A stretch of DNA of 62,974 nucleotides, filler included, from Octopus bimaculoides (taxonomy: Eukaryota): the NCBI RefSeq assembly GCF_001194135.2. It is 6 parts of 5 records of this genome, joined end to end, with 100 filler letters (N's around TTAATTAATTAA, not from the genome) between each part and the next. Parts side by side here need not be neighbours in the genome. Positions count along the whole stretch, not along the records: positions 1 to 9,495 come from NC_068993.1; positions 9,596 to 16,430 come from NC_069007.1; 4 more parts are not named here. The stretch is one strand, 5' to 3'. A model generated the notes under the pieces. That model did not search any database, was not told the DNA's origin, and was given only the letters and a program-made list of their open reading frames with translations. Positions 1 to 13,419 of this stretch are shown in pieces (the stretch's first letter is position 1; every line of letters begins with the position of its first letter). Both the position numbers and the translations under genes were made by a program.

Positions 1-209
1 GAGCGTGGCCGTTTTCGTGCGGGTGACACGTAAAAGCACCCACTACACTCTCTGAGTGGTTGGCGTTAGGAAGGGCATCCAGCTGTAGAAACTCTGCCAA
101 ATCAGACTGGAGCCTGGTGTTGCCATCCGGTTTCACCAGTCCTCAGTCAAATCGTCCAACCCATGCTAGCATGGAAAGCGGACGTTAAACGATGATGATG
201 ATGATGATG
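1..209 (+). mobile_element. 3' end of RTE-clade LINE family (UTR plus (GAT)n tail)
   Basis: Ends CATGCTAGCATGGAAAGCGGACGTTAAACG(ATG)n. The same sequence is the 3' end of the RT-bearing copy at 3290-4301 and recurs at 31040-31220. Confidence 0.8.
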
Positions 210-225
210 TGTGATTACGAGTGGT

Positions 226-625
226 GGATTATATGATACAGTAGATATGTAGAACTTTCTACAAGAAAAATGTTAAGTCTCTTCCTTCTTTTTATGTGCT
301 GTTATCAGTTTTCAAACTCATAATTAATTAGGTTTAGATTAGTTTTCAAAACACTCTGAAGATGAAGATATCAACTACACCGATACAACGACCTACATCC
401 AGTCCCACACTGAACTCCTGTTCTTATTGAATAACAAGAATCATGTAATTAAGAGGACTGGATCATATGACACAGTAAATATGTAAAACTATCCACAGCA
501 AGAATGTTAAGTCTCTGCCTTAGTATATTTGACTGTCAATTGTCCTTGGTTTAGTTTTTAAAACACTCTAGAGATGGAGATATTAATTTCACTGATAGAA
601 GCTGACTGCAAGAGTAATAAAAGGC
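226..625 (+). repeat. Two diverged tandem copies of a ~234-bp unit, possibly a Penelope-like terminal repeat
   Basis: GGATTATATGATACAGTAGATATGTAGAAC at 226 vs GGATCATATGACACAGTAAATATGTAAAAC at 460. Copy 1 has CTGAAGATG...CACCGATAC (356-386), a decayed hammerhead-like core. Confidence 0.6.
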
Positions 626-835
626 TCATCTGTAGCCCAGATGCATTTGAATCCAGCAATGATAGGGTGCAACTGATGACTGTTGTAAAGAGGCCACTTA
701 TGGTAAACTAACACAGAACATAGCCTTTGCACCCGGACAACAGATTTTCGTTTGTATCTACCATCATGGATGTACCAGGTTACATAACAGATTTGTACAA
801 AAGACTGGAGATGCTTAGGTTTTTTTTATCAAGAA

Positions 836-1058
836 GGAACATTTAGCATTCAAATTAGCGAAATGCTATACTTATTCATTCAAAGTGTTTTGAATTAACG
901 ATGCATCATCTTATAGCTTTCAGATTTTGATGCTGTGACTGTTTATTTTTAGAATGACATTGTAGTGTAGGTGTAAGAGGCCAGATCTGGCCAGTCTGAA
1001 CATAAAACAGGTAGAATATTTTGACCAGATATGGCTGGTTTAAATACTAAAAGTTTAA
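836..1058 (-). mobile_element. Degenerate piggyBac-type MITE
   Basis: Reverse-complement similarity to the TTAA-flanked 220-bp element at 27979-28198; termini eroded. Confidence 0.6.
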
Positions 1059-1199
1059 ACTCACACCAGCTAAATCCAATGGATTAGTAGTTTAGTGAAA
1101 ATTTGTAAAATATTCCAGTGGGACACCATTTGAGTTTCCTGGAATAAATCCTTTATTAAATCCACAGGAGTAGATGGTCTCATTTCACTGTCTCTGTCA

Positions 1200-1429
1200 A
1201 GAACTGGCAGAATCGTTAACACACCAGACAAAATGCTTAGTGACATTTTATCCATTTTTATGTTCTAATTTCAATTTTCACCACAGTCAACTTTGCCTTT
1301 CATATTTTTGGGGTCAATGAAATAAGGTACCAGTTGAGCACTGGCATCGATTTAATAAACTTTCCCCTCCCCAAAATTTCAGGCTTTATGCCTATAGCAG
1401 AAGAAATTATTATTATTATTATTATTATT
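1200..1429 (+). mobile_element. tRNA-derived SINE, family B, (ATT)n tail
   Basis: CTGGCAGAATCGTTA head, GTCAACTTTGCCTTTCAT central block, (ATT)n tail; many copies in the window. Confidence 0.8.
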
Positions 1430-1879
1430 GAGAGAGCAGCATATGCCATCAAAGTGACACTGGGGTAAAATATACAAAGCCCAGTGTACCCATCATGACT
1501 ACCCGTCTAAGGATACACCAGGCAAATGCATTACAACCATAAGTGCGCAACATGGTGATCTCATATCAAGATAAACAGTGCATAAACTTGCAGGTGGGGC
1601 CCAGTTAGAATTTTCTTCAAGTCAAGAAGCCCATCCCACTCAAAAAAGGTCCCTGAATAAGGGTTGTTTAAGGATGTTGAACAAAACACCCATGTTTCCA
1701 GAGGTGAATTATCCAAACCCCAAAGAATTCCTCTCAACACATGATGCTCCCCGACTACTTCTGCTCATGATCAGAGATGCACATATTGTCAGCCACTAAA
1801 GGAAATGCTCAACTGGTTAAGGTCAAACAACTGACAAACAAATCTGCGGTATTAAGCAGAATATTTACTGTAGGCCATC

Positions 1880-1886
<7 letters not shown>
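1430..1886 (-). mobile_element. Non-coding interspersed element X, flanked on both sides by (TAA)n
   Basis: Aligns along its length with 50555-51090; both copies sit between (ATT)n tracts. Strand is inferred from the tail position. Confidence 0.7.
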
Positions 1887-1921
<35 letters not shown>

Positions 1922-1926
1922 CATAT

Positions 1927-2150
1927 AAGGCGGTGAGTTGGCAGAGTTGTTAGCACACCAGGGAAAATATTTCACAGTATTTCATCCATCTTTACATTCT
2001 GAGTTCAAATTCCGCTGAGGTTAACTTTACCTTTCATCATTTTGGGAGTCAATAAAGTAAGTACCAGTTGGGTACTGGGGTCGATGCTATTGACTTGCCC
2101 CTTCCTACAAAATTAATGGCTTTGTGCCGAAATTTGAAACCATTATTAGT
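1927..2150 (+). mobile_element. SINE family B
   Basis: GGCGGTGAGTTGGCAGAGTTGTTAGCAC head, GAGTTCAAATTCC B-box-like motif, same central block. Confidence 0.8.
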
Positions 2151-2196
2151 AGTAGTGGTGGTGGTCGTTGTCGTGGTCGTGGTGTAGTAGTAGTAA

Positions 2197-2560
2197 GGCA
2201 GACGTGCTCGCGGATGACCACATCTCCATTTCAAGGATGTGTGCAAACATGACATGAAGGCCATGAGGATGAATACCAAAACCCGGGAGAACAGGGCAAA
2301 AGACTGTTCCGGCTGGAGACAGACGCTGAGTACCGCCCTGAGGGATGGAGAAGATCAGATACGTCAGACAGCAGAGGACAGACGGAGACGCAGGAAGACC
2401 GAAACACCAACAAACGATGACCAACTGACCAACCACATTTGTGACCGTTGCAGCCATGATTGTCACTCACGCGTTGGCCTTGTCAATCACAAGCGATGAT
2501 GCAACACCAATCTAATCCAAGGCGCAGAGCCATAGTCTTTTGAGACTATCGGATGCCAAT
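2197..2560 (+). mobile_element. RTE/BovB-like LINE 3' end, 5'-truncated
   Basis: Translates as FKDVCKHDMK...WRQTL...RRRRRK...HICDRCSHDCHSRVGLVNHKR, the C-terminal C2H2-like motif of RTE ORFs, then the short UTR CATAGTCTTTTGAGACTATCGGATGCC. Confidence 0.85.
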
Positions 2561-2568
2561 CAGTAGTA

Positions 2569-2773
2569 AGGTGGGAAGCTGACAGAATCGTTAGCACATT
2601 GGACAGAATTTCATCCATCATTTCTGTGTGAGTTCAAATTCTGCTAAGGTTGACTTTGCCTTTCTTCCTTTCAGGGTCAATGACTTAAATACCAGTTGAA
2701 CACTGGAGTTAATGTACTTGACTAGCACCCTCCACCCAAAAATTTCAAGCTTTGTACCTTTCGTAGAAAGGAC

Positions 2774-2812
<39 letters not shown>

Positions 2813-2825
2813 AATTATTATTATT
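2569..2825 (+). mobile_element. SINE family B
   Basis: Same head and core as 1200-1429; (ATT)n tail. Confidence 0.75.
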
Positions 2826-2841
2826 AAATTCTTACCTTTGT

Positions 2842-2910
2842 GAAGTCCTCGACAAATAAATCGAATAAATACAGCGTTTGGGGGTCCAGGGCCTGAAAGA
2901 CCTTGCTTCA
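2842..2910 (+). pseudogene. Decayed LRR-coding segment
   Basis: EVLDK*IE*IQRLGVQGLKDLAS places I7, I10, G17, L18 and L21 at LRR consensus spacing; two stops. Confidence 0.4.
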
Positions 2911-3289
2911 AACACTGCAAAGTCTTGTAGCAAAACATATTATTTCTGATGTGTTGGAGTATCATGTTCTCATCAAACGCAACAATCGAAGTAACATGTT
3001 CGCCCCTAATCCAACAACTGCAAACAGAAAACAAAAACAACAAATGACTCACTGGAAAGATAATAAAAAACAGGTCAAAAGAATATAAATAAATATTATG
3101 TACATACACAAGTGTGGGTTTATATATATATAATCATCATCATCATTTTGTTTGGCTGCACCTGTATTCTTGCGAAGACCTGTTGGGGCAAGCGAAAGCG
3201 AAGTCGTGATGGCACCACCGTTCTAGCGTGATCGTTGCCAGCGTCGCTTTCCTGGCACTTGTGCTGCAGGTTCGCGTTCCTGGCACATC

Positions 3290-4301
3290 ATCATCATCAT
3301 CATCGTCGTTTAACGTCCGCTTTCCATGCTAGCATGAGCTGGACGATTTGACTGAGGACTGGTGGAGCCCGAAGGCTGCACCAGGCTCCAATCTGATCTG
3401 GCAGAGTTTCTACAGCTGGATGCCCTTCCTAACGCCAACCACACCGAGAGTGTAGTGGGTGCTTTTACATGCCACCGGCACGAAGGCCAGTCAGGTGGTA
3501 CTGGCAACGGCCATGCTCAAAATGGTGTGTTTTATGTGCCACCTGCACAGGAGCCAGTCCAGCGGCACTGGCAACGATCTCGCTCGAATGTCTTTTCACG
3601 TGCCATCTGGCACAAGTGCCAGTAAGGCAACGCTGGTAACGATCACGCTCAAATGGTGCTATTTACATGCCACTGGCATGGAAGCCAGACAGCTGCTCTG
3701 GCAATGATCACGCTCGGACAGTGTTGTTAGCGCCCCACTGGCACAGGTGCCAGTCATCAAATTTGGTTCAATTACGATTTCGATTTCACTTGCCCCAACA
3801 CGTCTTCGCAAGCAGAGTTTAGTGTCCAATGAAGGAGAGGTTGGCATGGGTGCCAGTCATCGAATTTGGTTTGATTTCAATTTCGATTTCACTTGCCTCA
3901 ACAGGTGTTTGCAAGCAAAGGTACGAATAAGTGGTCTGGCTACAACCCTGGCAGAGGCCACGGATTATGGTCTCACTTGGCTTGCCGGGTCTTCTCACAC
4001 ACAGCATATTTCCAAAGGTCTCAGTCACTAGTTATTGCCTTGGTAAGGCCTAATGTTCGAAGATTGTGCTTCACCACCTCATCCCAGGTCTTCCTAGGCC
4101 TACCTCTTCCACAGGTTCCCTCAACCGCTAGGGTGTGGCACTTTTTCACGCAGCTATCCTCATCCATTCTTGCCACATGACCATAACAATGCAATCGTCT
4201 CTCTTGCACACCACAACTGATGCTTCTTAGGTTCAACTTTTCTCTCAGGGCACTCACACTCTGTCGAGTATGCAGACATTACACATCCATCGGAGCATAC
4301 T
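3290..4301 (-). mobile_element. RTE-clade LINE, 5'-truncated: ORF end plus long 3' UTR
   Basis: Minus strand MLRWMCN...LREKL...ERRLHCYGHVARMDEDS...GRGRPRKTWDEVVKH...SD*DLWKYAVCEKTRQAK* (natural stop 3973-3975, one internal stop, one frameshift), then UTR and (GAT)n tail. Confidence 0.9.
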
Positions 4302-4747
4302 GAGAAAACCCATAAATGAGATCATAGTTGTGCTTTCAATACCTGCAATGATGATGATGATGATGGTGTGTATGCATGTGACTGTATGCATGCTGTTGAA
4401 TATAATCTTAGGCTAAAAGAAATTGCTATACAGAAATATCCACACCTCTAAGAAAAACGCAAAATCTTAAATGATAGAAAAGCACATATATAAAGGTCAA
4501 ATAGTCCAACAGACACAGACTGCATATTTGCTCTATGCAAGAGATCCACTGAGAAGACCAGGAATCTAAGAGCAAAAGGAAGTTACTCATCACCAATAAT
4601 TCTAAGTCAGCACAAACAACAACTGTTGATGTTAACCTTACTATGTGTAGGGGGAAGAGAGAGAGAGGAAATAAACAAAAAGGTCAAGAGGTGCACTGAA
4701 CAGTTAGGCAACTCCTATATTTAGGGCGTAAATGAGTGTAAGAAACA

Positions 4748-4782
<35 letters not shown>

Positions 4783-4819
4783 GGCAAGGAGACAGAAAGA
4801 GGGGTAAGGGAGAGGGGTT

Positions 4820-4990
4820 GTGTTTAGCTCCAAGGCAATCCTGATTGAACAGACCTATCATCAAAGGCATTCCAGCTATGACTGTCATGTCATATTATAT
4901 ATCTAGGATTCTCTGTGTGTGTGTGTAGTCCTTGATTTAAGGGAAATTTGGCTGCTGTTTCTAGCTGGGAGGGACATCCACATAAAAGCT
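4820..4990 (-). mobile_element. Interspersed repeat family E fragment
   Basis: Shares ACAGACCTATCATCAAAGGCATTCCAGC and TTTGGCTGCTGTTTCTAGC with 7520-7710 (inverted), 22640-23280 and 57600-57680. Confidence 0.6.
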
Positions 4991-5222
4991 TTGTTGCTGG
5001 CGTTCTCTCTCTCTCTCATAGATATATATAACTTAGCGGTTCGGCAAAAAGAGACCGATAGAATAAGTACTNNNNNNNNNNNNNNNNNNNNNNNNNNNNN
5101 NNNNNNNNNNNNNNNNNNNNNNNNNNNNNNNNNNNNNNNNNNNNNNNNNNNNNNNNNNNNNNNNNNNNNNNNNNNNNNNNNNNNNNNNNNNNNNNNNNNN
5201 NNNNNNNNNNNNNNNNNNNNNN

Positions 5223-5276
<54 letters not shown>

Positions 5277-5809
5277 ACAGGTACATGCATATATGTGTGT
5301 TATATACAAACATGTGCCTGCCTACATACACACACACATTTATTTAGACAGACATGCATGTATATATATATGTATGTATACACACAATATAGATAGATAG
5401 ACAGATAAATAAATATATACATACATATATATATATATATATATATGTATATAAAACGTATGTATGCACGTGTGTACAGAGACACATATTCATTCATTCA
5501 AGATGCAAGCCACTAATTCACTTCACATTGCACTATACATAAACATAGCACACTATCTGTCGTTTATATATATATTTAGCAACATAACACATCTTTTAAA
5601 CTATTTATATACCACCACAATGTTTACTAATTCTAATTCTATCTCAGTGCAGCTCACTGTGTCAGTACAAACCACTGATGCAATGGTACAATGTGGAATA
5701 TATTTAGAATGACGAAACTGTGTGGAAAGTGGAAGAAGAAAGGGGGAGGGGAGATTACACAATTACGAAACAATAGATTAGAATATTTACAGGAACAATT
5801 CTCTAGATC

Positions 5810-6050
5810 ATCATCATTTTAATGTCCAATTTTCCAATCTTGCATGAAACAGACGGAATTTGTTGAGGTTAAATTTTCTAAAGCTGGATACCCTTACCTG
5901 TTGTCAACTCTCACCTGTTTCCAAGCAAGGTAACGTTTCCATGTAACCTGACATTGTTTTCCATGGAAGGCTGGAAATGAACGACACTGCTTGTATGACA
6001 GTGACACTCGTTTACTACTACCATCACATGACAATAAGGCAAATGTACAC
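5810..6050 (-). mobile_element. SINE family F (RTE-type tail)
   Basis: Similar to 26130-26380 and 27000-27560; ends in a (GAT)n tail like the RTE LINE. Confidence 0.65.
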
Positions 6051-7269
6051 ACAACTACACACACACACGTATATTCCCTTCCTTTACATCTTCATCTTTC
6101 ACTTTTAACCGTAACCCTAAAACCCTAACCGTAACGGTAACTACAAAAAAGCTTTTGGAAATTTTTTTTTCAGAATCATAATCTCCGTATTTTTCCGCAT
6201 ATTTCGAAAAAAAAAAAAATTCTGAAAAAAGTNNNNNNNNNNNNNNNNNNNNNNNNNNNNNNNNNNNNNNNNNNNNNNNNNNNNNNNNNNNNNNNNNNNN
6301 NNNNNNNNNNNNNNNNNNNNNNNNNNNNNNNNNNNNNNNNNNNNNNNNNNNNNNNNNNNNNNNNNNNNNNNNNNNNNNNNNNNNNNNNNNNNNNNNNNNN
6401 NNNNNNNNNNNNNNNNNNNNNNNNNNNNNNNNNNNNNNNNNNNNNNNNNNNNNNNNNNNNNNNNNNNNNNNNNNNNNNNNNNNNNNNNNNNNNNNNNNNN
6501 NNNNNNNNNNNNNNNNNNNNNNNNNNNNNNNNNNNNNNNNNNNNNNNNNNNNNNNNNNNNNNNNNNNNNNNNNNNNNNNNNNNNNNNNNNNNNNNNNNNN
6601 NNNNNNNNNNNNNNNNNNNNNNNNNNNNNNNNNNNNNNNNNNNNNNNNNNNNNNNNNNNNNNNNNNNNNNNNNNNNTATATATATCCTGTTTGTGTTTCT
6701 ATGAAATTCATAATAAAAGTATCATTCACAAGAATAAATGACCTGTACCGTATTTCTACGAAATGAAGACATCGGTCAAACAGTGCGCCCTCCGATAAAA
6801 ACAAACTTCAGAGAGAGAAAGAGAGTGGGGGAGGGCACGTGTAAAGCGGGCAGGGGAGATAAATCATTTACTCCCACTAAAATCAATTACTTGACCAATT
6901 AAATCCGGATAATTAACTGATATTGACCTGCAGAGATGTGGGTGAGTGGAAGGTGTGGTGTTCATGCTGTAGCATGGAAATGGTTGAGAGAGAGTTTCGA
7001 TGATCACAAATTGACACAAAGGTCGTAGGTTCGTTTCGTCTGTTACGACAGCAACCACTGAACGAACGTTTTACTCGCAGAATATTCGGATTGGAATAAT
7101 TTCTCCGTTTTACAATTACGATGGCTTCTGATTTAGGCACAAAGCCAACAATTCCGACAGGAAAAGGTATGTCGATACCATCGAGCCCAGAACTTGATTT
7201 CGGTGGGATTTGAACTCAAAACGTAAAGACTTCGGAACAGATGCTGCAAAGTTCTTCATCATTTGTTCT

Positions 7270-7500
7270 GGAGGTTTTGCAGAATTGTTAGCGCGTCGGA
7301 AAGAACGCTTGGCATTTTCTCCCCGACGCTTTACTCTCCGTGTTCAAATCCCTCTGAGGTCAACTTTGCTTTTCATCTCTCTAGGGTCGATAAAATAAAG
7401 TACCAGTCAAGTGCTGAGATCGATGTAATCAACCCCACCCTCGTCCTCAAAACTGCTGGCCTTGCGCCTAAACCAGAAGCTATTTTAATTTTATTTAAAA
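7270..7500 (+). mobile_element. SINE family B, with minus-strand family B fragments at 7130-7260
   Basis: TTGCAGAATTGTTAGC head; GTCAACTTTGCTTTTCATC...GGTCGATAAAATAAGTACCAG core. Confidence 0.75.
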
Positions 7501-7519
7501 GATATAGTAGTCGGAGTTA

Positions 7520-7710
7520 ATGCAAGAGTGACTCCTCATGGTTATTCAAAATGCTAGAAACAGCAGCCAAATGACTCGTAAGTCGCCCTTTATCGTCTTA
7601 AATAAGATAAGAACATATTGCATAATATAAACCCTGAAAAGATGAGGTGATCACAGGTAGAATGCTTTTTTTGCCATAGGTCTGCTCGATCAGGGTTGAT
7701 CAACATCAAC
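7520..7710 (+). mobile_element. Interspersed repeat family E
   Basis: GCTAGAAACAGCAGCCAAAT...CATAGGTCTGCTCGATCAGGG; inverse of 4820-4990. Confidence 0.55.
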
Positions 7711-8102
7711 GGAGGACTGTAAAAACGAATGATTTTCTTATATTGGTATAAGGCCACAAATTTATAGAGAAAGACGTATAGCCTCCTATTAGAATTCCAT
7801 TCACATCTAGGATACGTTATAGGAATATAAACTGACACCAGTATGACTCGAACTAAACTCAGACGGGTAATCTTACTGGTACCCCTTGTTTCCCCGACTC
7901 CCGACAGATGAAACGAAATAAAGTTTGCGCGCTATCCTAATCCCGCCAACAGAGATCTTTTTTCTTTCCCCACCCCCAATGAATGACAAACCATTAACCT
8001 CCGCTTAATTAAAAACTCATCTCAGATACATAGACATATAAAGATGTGTCAAGTTGATGGGTTTTCTCCGAAGAAATAACCGGTTTGCCAAGGTTTTCAT
8101 AA

Positions 8103-8174
8103 TCCCTTAAAGAGCAAATAAATGAGTACACCGAACCAGTGCCATTTTGAAGGCATGGGCAAACTAGAAAATTA
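8103..8174 (+). pseudogene. Decayed 72-nt LRR exon
   Basis: 1+69+2 nt frame PLKSK*MSTPNQCHFEGMGKLEN gives L2, M7, F15, G17, M18 and L21; splice sites eroded (cataa acceptor). Confidence 0.4.
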
Positions 8175-8949
8175 ACAATGCAGTTACCGGGGTTCCTCAG
8201 TGGTCAAGAAGCTCAAACCTAATTTATGTATGTTGTGGATCACTGTCAATAAATGAAGGTAGACGCCCCAGTGCATTGCTTTCCCGGGGCCTGTCTGTTA
8301 AAGTTGGCCCTTCACCGAACTCAAGGTTAACCGAAACTATAAATAAATAAACCTAAGATTTTTCATTTAGGTATAGTTGTCTCCAAACTTATAAATTTGG
8401 AGAACAGAAAGACAGACACTGATGCTTTAAGAGAATGTTTTTCCCCCAGAGGTATTATATAACTAATGTGGAATGATTTAAATCGAAACTGAACGGTAAA
8501 TGAAACGGATGGTACTTTCCCATTATCGATAGCCAATTTTTTATATTCTTTTTTTAATTTGCAAAAGCATTAATAAATAAAACTAAAACAATCACTCAAT
8601 TCCTTTCCCTTACCCTTTTTCCATTATATATTCCGAAAGTCCGTCGCCAACTATTTACACCTGTCAGACTAGTTAAATAGCTCATTTACTAATTTCTTTC
8701 TTTTCTTTTATAAACGCACGGCTAGATTATAAAAAATTACTGGAAACACACAACATAAGGTAAGGTATTGCATCAGAATGAATATTAAAATATCCAACTC
8801 TGATGTTATATCCCACCTTATGACACAGGACAAAAATAGTGCAAAGAAAAATAATTCTTTAATCGTGAGTTTACTTTTTATCAATGCAAATGTGCAACCT
8901 TTGCAACCGAATACTGACCCTAGGCAGCATATAACTTAAATATTTATCT

Positions 8950-9186
8950 TTCTACAGTTATGGACCAAGGGTTACCTCAAGGACCTGGTAACGAAATACG
9001 TTAGGTAAAACACTTCTTCTATAGTTATAGACCAAGGGTCCACAGTCTAAGGCCGGCCCCACCCTAAGGACCTGGTAACTAAATACTTTAGCTAAAACAC
9101 CTCTCCTTCTGTAGTTGTAGACCAAGGATTCACAGTCTAAGCATGACCCTTCTTCGAAGACCGGGTAACTAGGGAGTTAAACCTAA
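8950..9186 (+). repeat. Three-copy minisatellite, periods 67 and 90 bp
   Basis: Units start TTCT(A/G)(C/T)AGTT at 8950, 9017 and 9107 and share GACCAAGG, A(A)GACC(T/G)GGTAAC and the TAAAACAC-like unit end. Confidence 0.8.
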
Positions 9187-9595
9187 ATAACGGGTAGAAG
9201 GACCTTACTAAAAGCTACCATATTCTTATAAGGCATTTTAGATGCGAATGGAGTTACAATTAAAGAGATGACGCCGTATCGACATAATAAATATTTGACA
9301 TATAAGAAATGTTTTTAAAGTGGTGCTTCATCGCAATTTTGGACCCATTTATTCTGGGTTTGTTTGTTTTTTCTTCTTTCTTTTGTGGCGTGAGATAACA
9401 TATGATGAAGCGCCAACCACAGTAATTGTCATGCAGTGCAGTATTTAATACCGTGTAATAATATGTTTCAAGTTTAAAAGAGGGGCCCCAAGGAANNNNN
9501 NNNNNNNNNNNNNNNNNNNNNNNNNNNNNNNNNNNNNNNTTAATTAATTAANNNNNNNNNNNNNNNNNNNNNNNNNNNNNNNNNNNNNNNNNNNN

Positions 9596-9697
9596 TACAG
9601 TAACCATAAGTGCATCACAGCAAACCACAGCACATACCCAAGGCGCACAGAGCTGCGCTCGGTAGTGAAGTGAAAGCACGTTATAAAAATAAAACTA

Positions 9698-9758
<61 letters not shown>
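9596..9758 (+). mobile_element. Dong/R4-clade LINE 3' UTR followed by (TAA)n
   Basis: CAG TAA CCATAAG...AGAGCTGCGCTCGGTAGTGAAGTGAAAGCACGTTATAAAAAT matches the UTR behind the endonuclease-like ORF end at 51147-51441; the body lies in the gap. Confidence 0.8.
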
Positions 9759-9762
<4 letters not shown>

Positions 9763-10870
9763 TAATGATAATAACGACAGCAAAAGCAACATCAACAACA
9801 AACTCAGCATCAACAACAATAAGACGAAAGATGAAAGCCACTGAAATGAAAGACGGTGTCTATTGTAAGAGAGGAACCGTGTAATTGGTACAACTGGAAT
9901 GAAAAGCCTTCAATTTCGGTAAAAACGGTAAAAACAGAGAGAGAGGGGGGAGAGAGGGAGAGAGAGAGAGAGAGGGGGGGAGGCTAATATGGTAGAGTTT
10001 GGAACATTCCAGAGAATAGCAGGATTATAGGTAAGCTCTGTNNNNNNNNNNNNNNNNNNNNNNNNNNNNNNNNNNNNNNNNNNNNNNNNNNNNNNNNNNN
10101 NNNNNNNNNNNNNNNNNNNNNNNNNNNNNNNNNNNNNNNNNNNNNNNNNNNNNNNNNNNNNNNNNNNNNNNNNNNNNNNNNNNNNNNNNNNNNNNNNNNN
10201 NNNNNNNNNNNNNNNNNNNNNNNNNNNNNNNNNNNNNNNNNNNNNNNNNNNNNNNNNNNNNNNNNNNNNNNNNNNNNNNNNNNNNNNNNNNNNNNNNNNN
10301 NNNNNNNNNNNNNNNNNNNNNNNNNNNNNNNNNNNNNNNNNNNNNNNNNNNNNNNNNNNNNNNNNNNNNNNNNNNNNNNNNNNNNNNNNNNNNNNNNNNN
10401 NNNNNNNNNNNNNNNNNNNNNNNNNNNNNNNNNNNNNNNNNNNNNNNNNNNNNNNNNNNNNNNNNNNNNNNNNNNNNNNNNNNNNNNNNNNNNNNNNNNN
10501 NNNNNNNNNNNNNNNNNNNNNNNNNNNNNNNNNNNNNNNNNNNNNNNNNNNNNNNNNNNNNNNNNNNNNNNNNNNNNNNNNNNNNNNNNNNNNNNNNNNN
10601 NNNNNNNNNNNNNNNNNNNNNNNNNNNNNNNNNNNNNNNNNNNNNNNNNNNNNNNNNNNNNNNNNNNNNNNNNNNNNNNNNNNNNNNNNNNNNNNNNNNN
10701 NNNNNNNNNNCCCAGAGATCCGATAAAACAACGAGTCACCTGTCGGTCGACATTGACGATCCGCCAACCACTTCATCCAACAACCCGTCAGACTTTAGTT
10801 TCAGCTCTCGCACCGAATCTCCAGAGGGAACAGAAGCCCCGTCCTTCCTTCAACAATCGTTCATTTCAAT

Positions 10871-10906
10871 TTGTCTAACACGTTTCGAATGGTTGTCCTT
10901 CATCAG
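10871..10906 (-). ncRNA. Minimal hammerhead-like motif (Penelope-type)
   Basis: Minus strand CTGATGA-A-GGA-CAACCA-TTC-GAAAC-GT-GTT-AG; core intact, helix I weak. Confidence 0.5.
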
Positions 10907-11228
10907 AATAAAAAAACGGAACATGACGAGAGACGCAAAGAGGTCGAGGAAAAGTAAAACAGTACGTGAAACGGGGGAAATTTCAATAAATTTAAACTAA
11001 CAAAAAAATATTTTTTCAATCATTGGAAACCATAGGGGGAGAATACTGTTTTGTGAGCGGGGATAAGAATGAGAAAGGCGGATGTGTAGATGCACATATC
11101 AGAGATCTTGTGTGTCTGGAAGCAGACATATTGGCGAATGGCGTAGGCGTGTACATTGGTGGGTGTATAAATGTTAGTAGACGAGTTTCGGTGTATAAAA
11201 TTTGATGACGTTGATTAGTGTGGTAAAT

Positions 11229-12790
<1,562 letters not shown>

Positions 12791-13357
12791 CACCAATTGA
12801 CGACAACACTCTCTGTACAGAGTAGTAGTTGTGTAAACAGATCCTCACCAAACTACTGCGGTGTCGTATATCTTGTAACACCGTGGCCGTGAGTTCAATA
12901 CGCGGTCACATCCACTAATACGTGCCTCTACACTCTGGTTCCTGTGCAACAGATATTAACTATCAAGTGCATGATAGAGAGACAGAGAGAGACAGGTAGA
13001 CAGACATTATATTCTATTGTTTGTTGCCATCGTTTTGCAAGAACCTCCATTCCACGTTTATACCATTTGGCTAATTTTGAGGTGAAAAATACTACCTGGA
13101 CCCGTTTTCTGCCTCATCCACATTACTTGAGCTTTCATCCGTGCAGGAAATAAACTAAGGCTCGGAAAAGGTGGCAGCCTGGTGGTGCAAGGTTAGCAGT
13201 ACGACAAGGAGATCGACAGAATAAGTACGAGGTTTTAAAAAAGTGCTGGGGTCGATTTGCTCGACTAAAACTTTTTCAAGGCATTGCACCAGCATGGCCT
13301 TGAAAAAGTTTATTGGATGAAGCAAGTAAAAGTATGTGTTTGTGTGTGTGTGTGTGT

Positions 13358-13388
<31 letters not shown>

Positions 13389-13419
13389 CGCGTGCGTGCG
13401 TATTTATATATGGATGTCC

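Noticed and set aside
7033-7060. Minus-strand GTC/GAC-GAAAC half motif
   Set aside because: No CUGANGA and no cleavage triplet.
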